62,462 nt of DNA, filler included, from Sphacelaria rigidula (GCA_964200075.2; 8 parts of 8 records of this genome joined end to end with filler, not necessarily neighbours in it), one strand, 5' to 3'. Positions 1 through 13,140 are shown, counted from the whole stretch's first letter. Numbers and translations: made by a program. The notes: generated by a model not told the origin, from the sequence alone.

Positions 1-145
1 CAGGGAAAGCACGGCTTTTGAGTTGAACCTCATTTTGTTTTTCAACCCCATTTTCGAAAATCGGCTGTTTTGACCCTCATTCAAGTGTTCAATCGCAGTT
101 CTCAGGATCCTCTTTTGAAAGGAATAGGTTTGAAATTGGGACTAT

Positions 146-802
146 TTCCACAGCGTCCAAACGGCTGCGAAATGCTGGCAAAAGCCGGTGTCCTCGACTT
201 TCGCCAGTTAACAATGTTTTCGTGAGATTGAGAGTAGAGGATACGATTGAGAGTGAAAAGCAGTCAATTATTGACTGAATCGTTTCAGTTCCGAAATGCA
301 CCTCCGTGAGGCCCGATATGCTCTATTTAGTAGCCCGCTACTGAGGCCCTTGATATCCCCGAGTAGGATATCGACGTGTAGCTGTAAGCACACGCTAGTG
401 ATGGAGACAATGAAAAGCACACACGGAATGAAAAATCGGCTAAGTTAAAGCGAATGATCAAAGCCACTCTCAATCAGCACTCTCCTCTCAATCTCACGAA
501 AACGGTGTTAGATGTAAAACGATGCCACACGTTTGTCAGACAAGTCTCGAGACATGTATTCTGGAATTAGTGACGAAATGAGCTGGAGTGCATCCGTTCG
601 TGTTAGGGATAGTAACCTCGCTGCTGATGCCGCCTTCTTCAAGGTTTGAAAATATTGGCTTTTATTCACAGAAAACTGGCCGTTCTCGGGCGATTTTCCC
701 GAGGGCTCGACAAAACGTTGGCATCGTTTTCTCGACGCCTGACGGAAGCCGAGGACAACGGCTTTTGCCAGCTTTTCGCAGCCGTTTCGACGCTGTGGAA
801 AA
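146..802. repeat. Degenerate nested inverted repeats (foldback/MITE-like)
   Basis: TTTCCACAGCGTCCAAACGGCTGCGAAA...GTCCTCG (~146-202) is inverted at ~745-801; TTTTCGTGAGATTGAGAG (~217-260) is inverted at ~464-503. Confidence 0.7.
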
Positions 803-1759
803 GTTTCGATTTCAAGTTATTCATTCTACCCCAACACAGAACACTCCGCGTAGTCGATGATAGTGTTATGTCTGGGCTTCTCAGCTGCGCTTCTTGAAAG
901 CTTGCTCAACCTGTCTCAGACCAGACGTTTCGGTCAGCGCACGATGGCATGCGCCACGAATGAAACGGCCAGCAGTCCATATTTACGAGAACACCCTTGC
1001 CCTCTGTTGAACCATATCTCGCGTCAGACAGAGACTTGTGATAGCCTTCGCAGAGTAAAAAAATTTAAAACATCCCTCAGCGCAACCCCCTCCCCATCCA
1101 CACCGACTGTGCTTGCTGTAATGCGTGAGAGGACCGCGTGCTTAGAGGACCGCGCCGTAGTTCAACACACCTCAGGATCGACGTTTTCCAAAACCAATCG
1201 GGTCAGTCCCCGCATGTACCACGCCCCTGGCTATAACCCCAACACTAACCCTGACCCTAACCCCAACCATAGGGATGTTCAAATTCCGATGCGGTCCTCT
1301 AAGCCCGCGGTTCTCGTACGCATTATAGTGTATCACATACGACGCGCTGCAGCTCACAGATTGCGGTATGCCAGTCCCCATGTGGGCCACGTCAGCGGCA
1401 GCCAAGTCACCGCCGGAGGTATTCTGTTACTCTCTGCATGCCAAGAAAGTTCCCATGGTCCGTGATTTGTTTCTTCATCCCCGCAACCCGGACATGTACA
1501 GCCGTCCTCGTATCAGGCCAAGACCAAAACTTACGATAATAGTGAACCCCCCACATGCGATAGGATCTTTGGGGGACGATCGATGATTTCAGGTCTGTCT
1601 GTGTATGACAAGGGGCTAGCCTTGACAGGGACGTCACCCTGTTTTTCGACGACTCCTTCTGTAGCGCACAGAGGCACGTCCTGTGGCGGTATCGGAGAGT
1701 AAAAAACAGAGGCCGCAGAGACCACCCTGCACATCACCGCGGCAGATCAACGGTATAAG

Positions 1760-2460
1760 CAGAGCACCGAATTTGTCTACCAAAGTGGTGCTGCGCAGAT
1801 CCGAACATTTTCATCTAAATCAACCGCCGCATCAGCGCTGCGTGGGCACCCTCCGAACGTATAATTCCCAACTCTACGACCGACCCAAAGTCCAGCTATC
1901 TCTGAAAATCGGTCTGCTTAAAGCAGTGAAGGTGGTGAAAGCAATGTTGTATGGATGTGTCACCTGGACACCGCGTTCCCAGGACTTGAAGAACCAGCAC
2001 ATTGTCTACCACAAGCTGTCTCCGCGAGTGGTCGGATTCCGTGGGAACGAACTGCCTACATGACTCTTTCGTACAGAGCTGTCTGTGGTCGAGACATCCA
2101 ACTGCGAACGTATTATCGAGAAGGCCATCCGCAAGCGTAGGGGGGGGCTTATCCGACAGGGCAATGCGCGTCTTCCGAAACGCATCATGCTCGGACGCTT
2201 AGCCGCACAAGGATCGACAGAGGCTGGCCTTCCCCCCAAACACTGAAGGGACAGCCTCCAAGAGAACCTGCGTACACTGGGAGCTCTCCCACGCAAAAGA
2301 GCACGACGGAAATGGTTTATCTCTACGGTTTAAAGGTTGAAGACACACGATTGGGGCACCGCGGCGAAGAAAAAGGGCAAAATACATCTTGGGGTCAAGG
2401 GAGGGGTGAAAGAGTTTGAGGGGACGTGGAGACACGAATACAAACGCGAATTAGACATTC
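1760..2460 (+). mobile_element. Degenerate RTE-like LINE, C-terminal part of RT ORF
   Basis: Frameshifted translation YNSQLYDRPKVQLSLKIGLLKA..AMLYGCVTWTP..YHKLSPRVVGF..MTLSYRAV..RLPKRIMLG resembles the RTE-clade post-RT region (LYGCxTW, RLPKRxM motifs); several frameshifts and stops. Confidence 0.8.
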
Positions 2461-2622
2461 GCCACGAACACTAGGCTGTTGCGTCGAGAGTCACCAATCG
2501 CAGAGCTTCCACCGCCAACACAACAGCAGCAAGAACAGCTCGAGAGGATTTCAGGATGAAAATGACCGAGCGGATGGCCCGCTTCGTACTCGACTACGGA
2601 TGAGTCCGGGAAGCTGGGTTAA

Positions 2623-2745
2623 CCCTTTTTTTGGAACCCACGAACGATTTTTGTTTTTGCGAATCGGCATCATTTTGACTTGAGAATGAATAAATATGAT
2701 ACCGATCTCCAAAAGCAAAGAAGACGTCAATGGGTTCCAAAAGGG
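2623..2745. mobile_element. piggyBac-like MITE (TTAA TSD)
   Basis: TTAA|CCCTTTTTTTGGAACCCA ... TGGGTTCCAAAAGGG|TTAA; same TIR as 19699-19931. Confidence 0.8.
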
Positions 2746-5188
2746 TTAACACGGAAACAGAAGAGACAACCAGCACATTGTATCGCTCACGCACATCACA
2801 CAAAACAGTAAGGCAACTTTAGACATAAAAGTGTACAGTACGTCCCAACCTCGTGGATTAGTTACCACGAGACGGTCCGAGTGATCTTTGGTCGGGGTGC
2901 GCGTGATACACGCGATACACGCGACACACGGCACTGACTGGAAGCCTTCTTATGGCAAAACATCACACAAGTATACCGATTGGGTCCAAGACACGCACTG
3001 TGTGAGTCCCACTCTCACGTTCAGTGAACGATCAATGGTAGCACAACGAGAAGTCGTCAAGAAGGTGTTAGGGCGATAATGCTGTGTATTTGTTACCGAA
3101 CAGACCATGCTTGTTACGGTGTTCTTGGATGAACTTGGTTCTGGGAACGGGGGGGAAGCCCCCGAATTACTGATTGAAGTATGACATACTGTACACTGCG
3201 TACGTCTGTCAAACATGTCCCTCCTCGTACGGTCGATACCACCGGTAACACAGTGTTCAATACTGCGTGATCGTAGCGGGCAACGTCATGCGTCGTGGGA
3301 AAAGACTAGGATACATACAGCACTCCTTTATTTTGAGACAAAACATAAATGTCAAAGCAGATAAAAAGCACGCAAGTGAAAAGCGCCCGAGCGGTCGTGA
3401 AAAAAATGCCCGACAGTGATAATACCAATGCTATGGCAGCAATTGTCCTCATATACTGAGGAGGCAAGTAAACAACAAAAACTGCTACGCCGAAGAGTGC
3501 GCAAACGAAAAGTGCCGGAGCGGTTGCGGGGAAAACTTCCCAACAGAAACGAAACGAGCAAAAACACTCCTCCTCATGTGCTGCAGAGGAAGAAATACAA
3601 ATATTCTGCCAAGCCAAAAAAAAGGCTCATGCCATGTACCAAGGGGATGCAAGCAGACAGTACCGGAGCGGCTCTATGAGCAACGACAATAAATGATTTT
3701 TTCCCCGCACCATAGCGTTGGAGCAAAGTAACATGATTGAACAAAGATATACCCTGAACCGTGCCAGAAACACAAGTTACACTCCTACTGTATAGCCGTA
3801 ACAGGCGGCGGTATACTGATGTATGAAGTACCACGAAACACATATCAGACGTACAGTTCGAGCCAGGAACCAATGAGACTGACGACAAAGAGCAAGCAAA
3901 TGAGTGAGTAGAACGTACTCAGAAATGTCAGCGAAAATATGGAAATCGCCATACAGAAGAAGAATCAAGAACAGCAATAATTAACACGATATCGGTACAC
4001 CCTTGCGTTGAAGTAACTACTGATGACACAAAAGTACGTAGCATATATGGGTTAGAAACGAAACGAGGAAGGCCACAGACACAGTCAAACACGACCGCTA
4101 CACGCCCTTGCTCAGGCAACGATGGCAAGAAGAGCGGCAACAGAGCCCAAGCCTATGCTCCAGTGGAGTCAAGCCCGGCGGTAACCCCTGATAGCAGACC
4201 GCACATATCCCAGACCACGCACATCTTGTCTTCCCCCAGGCGGAGTTGCCCTGGGTAAGAGACGGATTCATGACCTCAGCGCGGGACGACGAGAAAATCG
4301 CGAATTGCCATGCGCTTCAAAAGTCCATTTGAGGAGAACCACGCTGAGAACCAGGCGGTTGAAAGAGACACCGCGCACTAGAAGACCGAGGTGCGGAAGG
4401 CACCGCTACACTCCCACTCCTACTACTCCTGCACTTAGATCGGGCATTTACCCGCACGTATCACAGTGCGATATCATGAAAGGTAATTTCAAGACACATA
4501 CGTGACGGCCACATCGAAAGCATCCCGATGACATTCGAGTACTTCCAGGCACCAACCATGACACTTGACACCCTGCAATATAGTACCAGCTCGACAATAC
4601 ATAGTACTTCACGTCAATCACGAACCTCGAAGTTCTGTTTTCCGTCATTATTCCACCACCTCTGCCCTCTCGTGCGGACGAATAACAGTGCCATGCGATA
4701 TACCTATCTACCCCCGGGCGCTTGCCGTGGATTGTTTTGCTGAGCATTGGATCAGCACTTCCGCAGCCTGTCACCTCTCATCGTGTTGTGTTGACTCCCG
4801 TTCTCATGTTTCATGACGAAAACCGAAGAAACGGACCGTTTTTGTCGGGGTTTGAAATCATTACTCTCCACAAACTGGCCCATGATGTATCAGGTTGAAC
4901 ATCGGGGCGATACTACTTCCGTTTGAACCAAGTACACCGGTTGGCTCAAAGAAAAACGTCCACTGAATCTGCGGATCAAGTTCTTCGTTGTGGAATGTCC
5001 TAAAGTGTGTTCCTGAACAATACACTGAATTAAAAAATTGTGCGAATTGAGCTTCTCCTGAATCTTGATCCAGAGAACTATTTTCATCGCCAATCCCAGC
5101 CTCATTTCCGGATACTGCTATTTGTGCCTGATTGGGCAACATATGAAATGCCGTTTATCCCAATCACCCCCCCCCCACACCTCAAACG

Positions 5189-5250
5189 ACTTTGTAGGGA
5201 TGCGAGGTCAATGGTCTGATGACTATGGCATGCCTGATCATGAGTACACC
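5189..5250 (+). mobile_element. 5'-truncated copy of C-tailed retroposon
   Basis: AGGGATGCGAGGTCAATGGTC...CATGAGTACACC flanked by the direct repeat CACCTCAAACG (5178-5188 and 5251-5261). Confidence 0.75.
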
Positions 5251-5478
5251 CACCTCAAACGGAACAAGGACGGCCTACGTGTGATACATTGATGGTAGTA
5301 TTATCTAGTAGTAGTAGCAGTAGGGATAGCAGTAGGGATAGCAGCGTAGCTCCAGATGATTGTCGTATTCAGATAGTGGTACAAGCGTTGTCGTGGCACC
5401 AGCATCAGCACCGGCATTACGAACGTCATCGCAGCAGCATTCGTCGCCCTTCGCGGGTGATGGATTATCTCGTGGAGA

Positions 5479-6006
5479 TCATTCTGTCCAGTACAAGTTG
5501 GGCACGCTCGTCGGCGTCGCCACTATTCCGAGAGCACCGCCTACACTGCCGCCTCTTGATCCCACATCTTCCCATCCTCGCACCCCAACCCTGGCCCCGT
5601 CCCGCTCGGCACCGTTGTCGGATTCTCTGCAGCTAGGAAGAGAGTCACCAGCATTACTAGCGGCCGGCGAGGTTGGTACTTGCAACAAAGAATCAGGCTC
5701 CGCCTTCGTCATACTTTCGAGAGTCAACGTCCGCATCGAAAGTACAAATGTCACGCCGAAGATAATCGACGAAACGATAAACACGAAGCGGTGGCCCACG
5801 AATTGCATGATGTTGGTGTCATCGTTGTTGCCGCCGTTGCTGTTGTCCATGTGGGAGGCTGAGATAGACCATGCGTACATGTTGGACCATGCTGCGGGGC
5901 CGATTGTCCGACCCAGGCTCTGGCTCATGAGAAACAGACCGCTCAGCTTGCCTCGCTGGTGTGCGGGAACGAGTTTCATCGAGGCCAGCATTATGCCTTG
6001 CATGGT
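5479..6006 (-). CDS. Terminal exon of MFS transporter (ZIFL/tetracycline-resistance-like)
   Basis: Acceptor ...ccactacag|ACC at 6006, phase 0, stop TGA at 5479; LASMKLVPAHQRGKLSGLFLMSQSLGRTIGPAAW..YAWSIS..HRFVF matches the MFS TM10-12 pattern (RGxxxG..SLGRxxGP). Confidence 0.82.
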   Translation of the reverse strand, partial: TMQGIMLASMKLVPAHQRGKLSGLFLMSQSLGRTIGPAAWSNMYAWSISASHMDNSNGGNNDDTNIMQFVGHRFVFIVSSIIFGVTFVLSMRTLTLESMTKAEPDSLLQVPTSPAASNAGDSLPSCRESDNGAERDGARVGVRGWEDVGSRGGSVGGALGIVATPTSVPNLYWTE

Positions 6007-7354
6007 CTGTAGTGGATGGTGATTGGTAGGGGGAACGACGAGCACGGGGATTGTAAAGGTTCGGGAACTGTATGTAAGAAATACCTAGCTACTCCCAAAC
6101 ATGACAAATGGTGGAGACGACGGTGTGACTGTACCACAGCCGGGGGTGGCTGTTCGTGACAACCAAACGCTCAGTCAAGATTCTAAGGAACCCCTGCGCA
6201 AATAAAATCATACGCCTGCCCTGACGTGAGGAGGTCACCGTCTGTGTTTCAAGCTATGGCACACCATTTTACCTGTAGTGCAGCGGGATCAAGATCGGTC
6301 TGAGTGAAAGGTCGCGACCTAAATGAACAAGCGCCAACCTAGTATGTATCGACGGTGATTATACCATCAAGATTGAACTTCTCCCCCATGGCTGGCATGC
6401 GAGATCGTGAGCACACTCTCACGACAAAGGTTTCGGACATTCATCGGGACCTGTTTTTCTCCCTCTTTCTTCTTTCCTTTCCTTTCCTTTTTTACACTTG
6501 TTTTTGTCTCAGTTTTCCCCTTTGCTCAATCTCCTCGTTCTTCTCCCTTTTCCCTGTGAAGGAGCGTTTCCGTTTCGTTCACCTTGGGTACGTTTATCCT
6601 CTGGATAATGACCGCGCATGGATCATGACTACCTCTGGGATCAGCTCATACGTGACAGTTGATGAAAAAAATCATTCAAATTTACGAGTCAATATGGGGC
6701 TGCTCATGTTGGATGCATTTCAATATTTTAGTGCTGCACAAAGCTTTTGCCAGTAGCCGTACCCCTTCACGGGGGCACTTTCTCGTTAGCCATTCGGAAT
6801 CTCGAAAATGATCGAACAGTGGAGCATAAAAGTTGTTCAAACTCCTTCGTTTGGCGACTTTCCTCTACACGTATATACGATATAGACCACAAAAAAGCTT
6901 GTCAGAAACACTCCCCCTGCTGATCGTTTAATGCTACCCGAGGTACGGCTACGACTAACGCCCAGCAGTATGTAGGGCGGGTGCTGGCTACCGCGAGTCT
7001 CGTTTGATGATGCGCTGCGCGTACTGGTATCAAGGCTACACGAGCGCTTGAACGAAACACATCATTGAACGGTGGGTATTCGACAGGATTAGCGCCTTTA
7101 CTCCTTTCCACAATATTGCTGCCCTATACAAAGACAACTTGATGCGACCAGCTCGTGACAGAGAAATGCTTCGCAGTCCACGTGTAGATGGCAGTTCTTG
7201 CCACCTCCATTCCATCCATATTGATATTGTCAAGTAGCAAGTAATTCTGCTACTGTGTACTGGAAAAAAACGAAAAATTGCAATACGAATAGCAATAAGA
7301 ACGACTGGGGTGGGTCGGGAAAAGAGACTCGACTATGAAGACTTTTACCGTCCG

Positions 7355-7530
7355 GCAATGAATCTGCGGAATGATGGTGTGAAGAGTTATCTTTTGTACG
7401 TCGGACGAGCACGAGTGTGACTCGTGGCACTCGCACTCGTTGGCCGTAAAAATGAATAGGGCGAGCACTCGAGTCATTGCTTGTTGTGGAAAAAGTAAGA
7501 GGGCGGGCACTCAAGTCATTGCTCGTGATG
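7355..7530 (+). repeat. Interspersed repeat with GAGCACTCGAGTCATTGCT subrepeats
   Basis: TACGTCGGA(C/T)GAGCACGAGTGTGACTCGTGGCACTCGCA...AATAGGGCGAGCACTCGAGTCATTGCT also at ~14282-14405; the core motif is also at ~14990-15012. Confidence 0.8.
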
Positions 7531-7721
7531 AACGACTTCAGTGGGGGAGTCAGCAATCCGATGAGCAAATAATTATATTGAGTTCTTTGACATTCTTAAA
7601 CCAAGAATCTTGAAGTTCATATGCATATCTGCACATGTACAAGGGTCAACCGCGAACACAGGTGTTCAAGTACTTGCTTGCGCGACTGGCGGAACTTGAC
7701 GACTTGGGTGTATCCAACGTC

Positions 7722-7821
7722 NNNNNNNNNNNNNNNNNNNNNNNNNNNNNNNNNNNNNNNNNNNNTTAATTAATTAANNNNNNNNNNNNNNNNNNNNNNN
7801 NNNNNNNNNNNNNNNNNNNNN
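7722..7821. other. Artificial contig-joining linker
   Basis: 44 N + TTAATTAATTAA (stops in all six frames) + 44 N; identical 100-bp units recur every 7820-7821 bp. Confidence 0.98.
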
Positions 7822-7894
7822 GGTGCTTCGTCTCGAAAGGGATGCGTGGTCAATGGTCAAATGACTAAGGCAAGCAACAAATGAGTACGCCCCC
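7822..7894 (+). mobile_element. 3' end of C-tailed retroposon (variant B)
   Basis: AGGGATGCGTGGTCAATGGTCAAATGACTAAGGCAAGCAACAAATGAGTACGCCCCC; reverse-complement copies at 41776-41812 and 54743-54787. Confidence 0.75.
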
Positions 7895-7912
7895 TATCGT
7901 AGGATGACTCAG

Positions 7913-8206
7913 GAGGTATTGTTTTTGAGACAGGTTTAGCGTTTCATGTTGCCGCAGATGGGAATGCCATGCATCCCGGTGTTTGAGGATAACCAGAGAG
8001 CTATTCAGTTGGCAAAGAACCCAATCACGAACTCCAACTCTAAGGACATCGACGTACGGAATCATTTTATCAGGGAGTTGGTTGGGAGGAATGAGGTTTC
8101 GGTTATTCACGTGAGATCGGAGTATCAACATGCGGATTTCCTCACTAAAGTATTGCCGACAGAGTCTTTTGAGTTTCACCGTAATATTGTCATGAATATT
8201 ATGTAG
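7913..8206 (+). mobile_element. Ty1/copia pol RNase H C-terminus (inactive)
   Basis: EVLFLRQV*RFM..VFEDNQRAIQLAKNPITNSNSKDIDVRNHFIRE..QHADFLTK is the canonical copia RNase H end (EDN, KHID, ADxxTK); in-frame TAG at 7937. Confidence 0.93.
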
Positions 8207-8594
8207 TCTGCAACACATTGGTACATTGGTTTGGTTTGAGGTGATTTGATCTGTTTCCGGGGACATTTATCCACCCTGGAAGGGTAGGGGCACGAGGCCA
8301 TGGTTGCAAGATTTTCAATTTTGCAGTGAAGTATGTTTTATTCTCGACAAGTACGGCCGGATTTGATTTTTTGTTGTAGACGAAATATTTTTTCATTGGT
8401 TTTTAGTGATGGACTTCGAGTGCCACAAACATTGCCGTAGCAAATATCGGAAACTGGACTGTTTTTCGACTTTGCGTTTGGTTGGTGTATTTTTCTATAT
8501 TGTCGAACATATCTCTGTAATTTTTTGGCAGGTTTGCGATGATTGGAGTTTTTGAATCCAAAATCTTTTTCAGTACTGAAAGGTGTGATGGGAT

Positions 8595-8959
8595 GTTTGA
8601 AGAGCATGAATATGTCATGACGTATTGAGGAAAATGACTAAAGGAAGGAGTTCCAGCTTGCTAAGTTGATGACGTTACCGTATGTCTTTTTTTGTGCTTG
8701 GTAATATAGGATTGAATATTGTCTGGTAGGGTTTGAGACATGAGTAGAATTAGGCCGTGAGTAGGAGGGCTGATCGAATATGAGAGGATGATAATTGAGA
8801 ATTGAGTAGAGTTGTGCCGTGAGTAGGAGGGCTGATCGAATATACTCACACTCGATGATGGATACATGTAAACAGGCCTGGATACGAGGGAAATGGAGAT
8901 TGTGATTGGATCATGACAAATGGGTGAATGGCAAACAAGAGATACAGTTCTGTTATACA
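8595..8959 (+). repeat. Possible copia LTR with 28-bp internal direct repeat
   Basis: Lies downstream of RNase H with TG...CA candidate ends; GCCGTGAGTAGGAGGGCTGATCGAATAT occurs twice (~8755 and ~8816). Boundaries are tentative. Confidence 0.3.
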
Positions 8960-9232
8960 AGGTATACCCAATGTGTTGGTTGGAGAAATAATCTGCTGAG
9001 AGGCACACGCCCAATCTCGTGGCTAAGGAATCAGGCTCTGACGTGTTTTTTTTGCATGAGTGGTTTTTCATTATTGACCCCGCCCCTTTTTGGCAGTGCA
9101 CGTTTTGGGTTTTTACGCTTTGGGTGGAGAGTATAATATACATTTATCAACAAGGGAATCAATTCAGCAACACTGGTCCCACGACCTTTCTCAAACATAG
9201 ACCCTTGCGCCGAGTAGGAGATTCAGTCTTAA

Positions 9233-10043
9233 AGTCCGACGCCTGGGGTTGTTTCGCCAGTAGTGCATATGCGAGGCGCTTCGTCTAGTCTAAACCAGCT
9301 GTCACGCCTTGTATGGCCACCTCCGCCGTGGCTCTGTTGAGACCCGATTTCGCGGTGGAGCTGTCGAACAACACTATACTGTTGTAGTGCAACGCGCTTA
9401 AAAAATTCGAGCCTTCTCTTTTTAATTTAAAAGCCGCGGCAGCTGCAGTTTGAATATCCCTTCTGACGGTCCCAAACGGGTGCTGATGCAGCGACGAAAA
9501 GCACTGGCACCCTCCCTTCAGATGCGATTTGAGACAACGGTGGGGGTATATGGTGAACATCGCTCGGAATAAAATATGTAGCACAGTATTCAAGGGTATC
9601 GTAAGTACATGTTCCCCTGTTCAAAACCGAAATTTCCTTGCTCGAGCACTTCACACGTGTTCAACAATGAACGACTGCTTTCCAATATAACAACCCGTTA
9701 TTTCCGGACTTCCCCTGAGGTCTAATTTTAACGCTGACGTCGTCTCAAATCCCATCTGAGGATGACGGTGCCAGCGCTTTCCGTCGCTGCATCAGCACCC
9801 GTTTGGGACCGTCAAAAGGGATATTCAAACTACAGCCGCCGCGGCTTTTAAATTAAAAAGAAGCGGCTCGAATTTTTGAAACGCGTTGCACTACAACAGT
9901 AGTGTTGGTCAACAGCTCCACCGCGAAACCGGTTCTCAACACAGCCACGGCGGAGGTGACCATACAAGGCGTGATAGCTGGTTCAGACTAGATGAAGCGC
10001 CTCGCATGGGCACTACTGGCGAAACAACCCCGGGCGTCGGACT
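9233..10043. mobile_element. Foldback element with ~305-bp terminal inverted repeats
   Basis: AGTCCGACGCC..TTTGAGACAACG (9233-9540) is the reverse complement of ~9738-10043 with scattered mismatches; ~200-bp spacer. Confidence 0.9.
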
Positions 10044-10155
10044 AACCCTTACCCCCGTTGCGTGTGTCTGCAGCTTTATCGTGGGGCACCCATTTGATCC
10101 AACTGACCACTGTACTGTGGTGACGCTGTGCTGTGGTGATAGTATATCTCAGCAG

Positions 10156-10308
10156 ACTGCTGAATGACACGACGTTTCAAAGATCGTTGGCGCCTGCCGC
10201 CGCATTGGATGGTTTCGCTGACGGCGGTCGTCGCCTGCGCAACAGTATGAAGTCTCTCTCAGATATACAACAAGAGGCACTGGAAAACTCGATGACTAGT
10301 CCAAAGAC
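10156..10308 (+). CDS. Orphan internal exon, unknown protein
   Basis: cagcag| ... |gtatgt; open frame LLNDTTFQRSLAPAAALDGFADGGRRLRNSMKSLSDIQQEALENSMTSPK; phase 2/2. No homology recognised. Confidence 0.4.
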
Positions 10309-12935
10309 GTATGTTTTCAGCATGCTTTGTTACGTGTTCCGCAGCGCTTAGACGGAAGGGTTGCTCGATAGATGCGGCACAATCAATGACGGCGGCTTTT
10401 CGGTCGGACTGCACACCATCATGCTTCCGCTCCAGTGCAGAAACTTCTAGGTTAGGGGCACATGGTCGAAACCACTTGCCACTTCCGAGCCTTTTGAACA
10501 AAGTAAATGAAATTTCGATGGTCCGTTAAACCTCAATAAAATGTTGAACCACAAAAACGAATCCAGGCTGTTTTCCGAAGATTTGGAGTGGACACGAAGA
10601 TTTTAATCCTCTGGGTTCTCATCCTCAATGAAAAGCTCCATCCTCAATTTCGATGATTGGCTGTTGGTAGTTGTCGCTGTACTATGGTGCGTTTGGACCG
10701 TGCGAGCACGGTTTATTTTGCGGTGGACATTTCCTAAGCTACTGCACTGTATTCCGTGGCCCATGGCAAAGGATACACGGCGTTATATTTGTAATATCGG
10801 AGAGTGCCCTGCCGGAGTCAAACCTCGGAATGAGGGACCAGACAAAGAGTGAGAGCAAGTGGCAGCATCTACTGCCCGCTCAAGCATGACGGCGCCGTCA
10901 CGCATACTCGACTACCAGTACCCGTGCGCCATCATAAATCTATGCGCACATGTACAGTTAATTGATCTGTACCTGTTCACATGAACACACCCGCTGAACT
11001 GTTACATCAGTCGTCGTGGCTATCTCTCTATATATATATAACAAAAGGAGAAAACTCGGCCATCTGAGCAAAACCCCCTTCCCTCAAATGCTTGTGCTCC
11101 ATCTAGATTATCCGTGGACGCCGGTCAAGGCAGATACACGTCATGTCAGAAATCGCCCCACAAAACTAATGAAAGCCTCTTGAATGACGTGCTCTGGGCA
11201 GAGGCGAACGTGTATTGACTATTGTATTTTATCCTTTACTGACCCAACATCGACCGTGCAAGCTCCGCGAGCTGCTCCAAACCCAAGTACGTAGTATCCA
11301 AGTACGAAACACGAATATAGAGAAAAAAAACGAACTGAAAGCAGTAGGGGCGTGTGGGACGCATCGCCTTCTATGTGGCACATCTAGTCATAATACAACA
11401 TCGACCTCATGTTTGGTCTATCATCTCTCCGCCCCTCAAATCCAGTATACCGTCAACATGCAATAACGTGTGTCCGAATCAATCCAAGTACATGTGCACT
11501 AGGACTCAGGTCGGCAATATTCTCATAGCCCCTCTTGCTGATGCTTAGTCCTGGCCATATCATCACGCAGGAAAAACCTTTGTTCTATCCCATGAAAATC
11601 GAATAATTCTCACAACATAAATACCGTGAAACTCGAAAGATATTGGCGTCCCGTCGTCACGAAAAAAAAAATGGAGTTCCTAACGGCGTTACTGATATAC
11701 AAATATATATACAAGAAAAAAGTTGGAGTTCCTAACGGCGTTACAGACACATACGTACGTAAGGAAGCGAAACAGCGCGCTGCGGCTGGTACGAGTAGGG
11801 GACTCAAAGTAGTTTCAAAAGCGTTTCCGCTACAGAGTACCACATAACTGAACAGGAGTGACAGCAAAGGAGATAGAATTTTCTTACGACGAAAGTTCGG
11901 ATGGCCACAGATATCCTACTCCACTACCGTAGCAGTATGTACAGTATGTACCAAGTACACCGTAACGATCGACGCTGTACCGCTTCGTTATGTACGCTAC
12001 CGTCGCAGTATTTGTAGTATGTAGCATGTAGTATTATAATAGCTATACCAAGTATTGTTGTAAGATTACGATCATAACCGATGTCAGGCAGGGTGTAGTA
12101 CTGAGCCGGGAATAAAGATAACGTACCGTATCGCCCCGTCGTCCTGGGTCATGTTTCCCTAGTAGTGTCGACTCCCGCCGCTCATTCATCATCACACATC
12201 GCTTTGTGCGTCTAGCACCATTCCAAGCGTTCGTGTTTATCCCACCATCAGTACATTCTAAAAAATCGCCAAACTGTACATCCTCCCCACTCGACCTCAT
12301 TGCCGAGTACTATTCTTGTCAGTTGAAGTCATCGGGAATTGAGAAACGCATTTACCCGAGTGCCGTATCTCAAAGATCAACAAACGGTGAATTTCGCCGC
12401 ATGTGCCCATCGCTGACATCACTATTATTCCATAATATATTCTTCCCGAGTCTCCACATCGGGGAATCTCAAAAGTATTCATCCATCAGATGGTAATGAA
12501 AAAATAAATTTAATTAATTAATGAATTAATTAATTGGATGGATTGATGGATGGTTGGTTGGTCATTTGATTTATTTTTTTGAGCAAGGGAAAGACAATAT
12601 GGTACACTGCAAAGGATAGTGCCGGAGATTTTTCCACGTACGACGACTTTGACGGGACGATGAAGTTCCCACAATAAACTATTCCGAAGTGAGGCGTGGC
12701 AGCGGAGAGTGTACTACGTGTAGTACAGACTATTGTACAACGCATATAGTGGGAGTGTGGGACTCGTGCATGCGGATGCCGCCGACCGCCGACCCAGTAA
12801 GTGAACTCACGCTACTGCACAGACGTCAAGATATTTCCTCGTCCCATCGGAGCTATACGTTTCAAAATCGCCGGCACTTGTGGCGAACATTTGAGCGCGT
12901 GCCTTGCTTGACATGGTGTAGTATTGGCACACGAC

Positions 12936-13140
12936 TTTTTTTTTCTGGTGACACTGTCTCTCGGGATGAGTCCGCGGTCTCATAGTCTCAAGAGATCAAC
13001 CCATCTCTTCTCACGTCCTCACCCTTTGGACGGTAGAAATCATATTCGAAGAGAAGGAAAAATGCAGCTGGCGGAAATCGAACCAACTCTCTCTCTCCAC
13101 CCTAAATTGACAGCAGTATGACGATTAGACCGTGGTCTCG
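12936..13140 (-). mobile_element. tRNA-derived SINE (family 2)
   Basis: Minus strand has A-box-like GGTCTAATCGT, B-box GGTTCGATTTCC, a body ending GACAGTGTCACCAG and an A8 tail. Confidence 0.6.

Noticed and set aside
4448..4774. Second copia RNase H fragment (ENRTSRFVIDVKYY)
   Set aside because: Only a weak KHIDVK-like resemblance; EDN and ADxxTK motifs are not evident.
5360..6022. 220-aa plus-strand ORF (and plus-strand ORFs at 43643-44958)
   Set aside because: Antisense shadows of GC-rich minus-strand coding sequence.
12509..12534. Additional linker TTAATTAATTAA
   Set aside because: No flanking Ns; part of a natural (AATT)n tract next to other tetranucleotide repeats.
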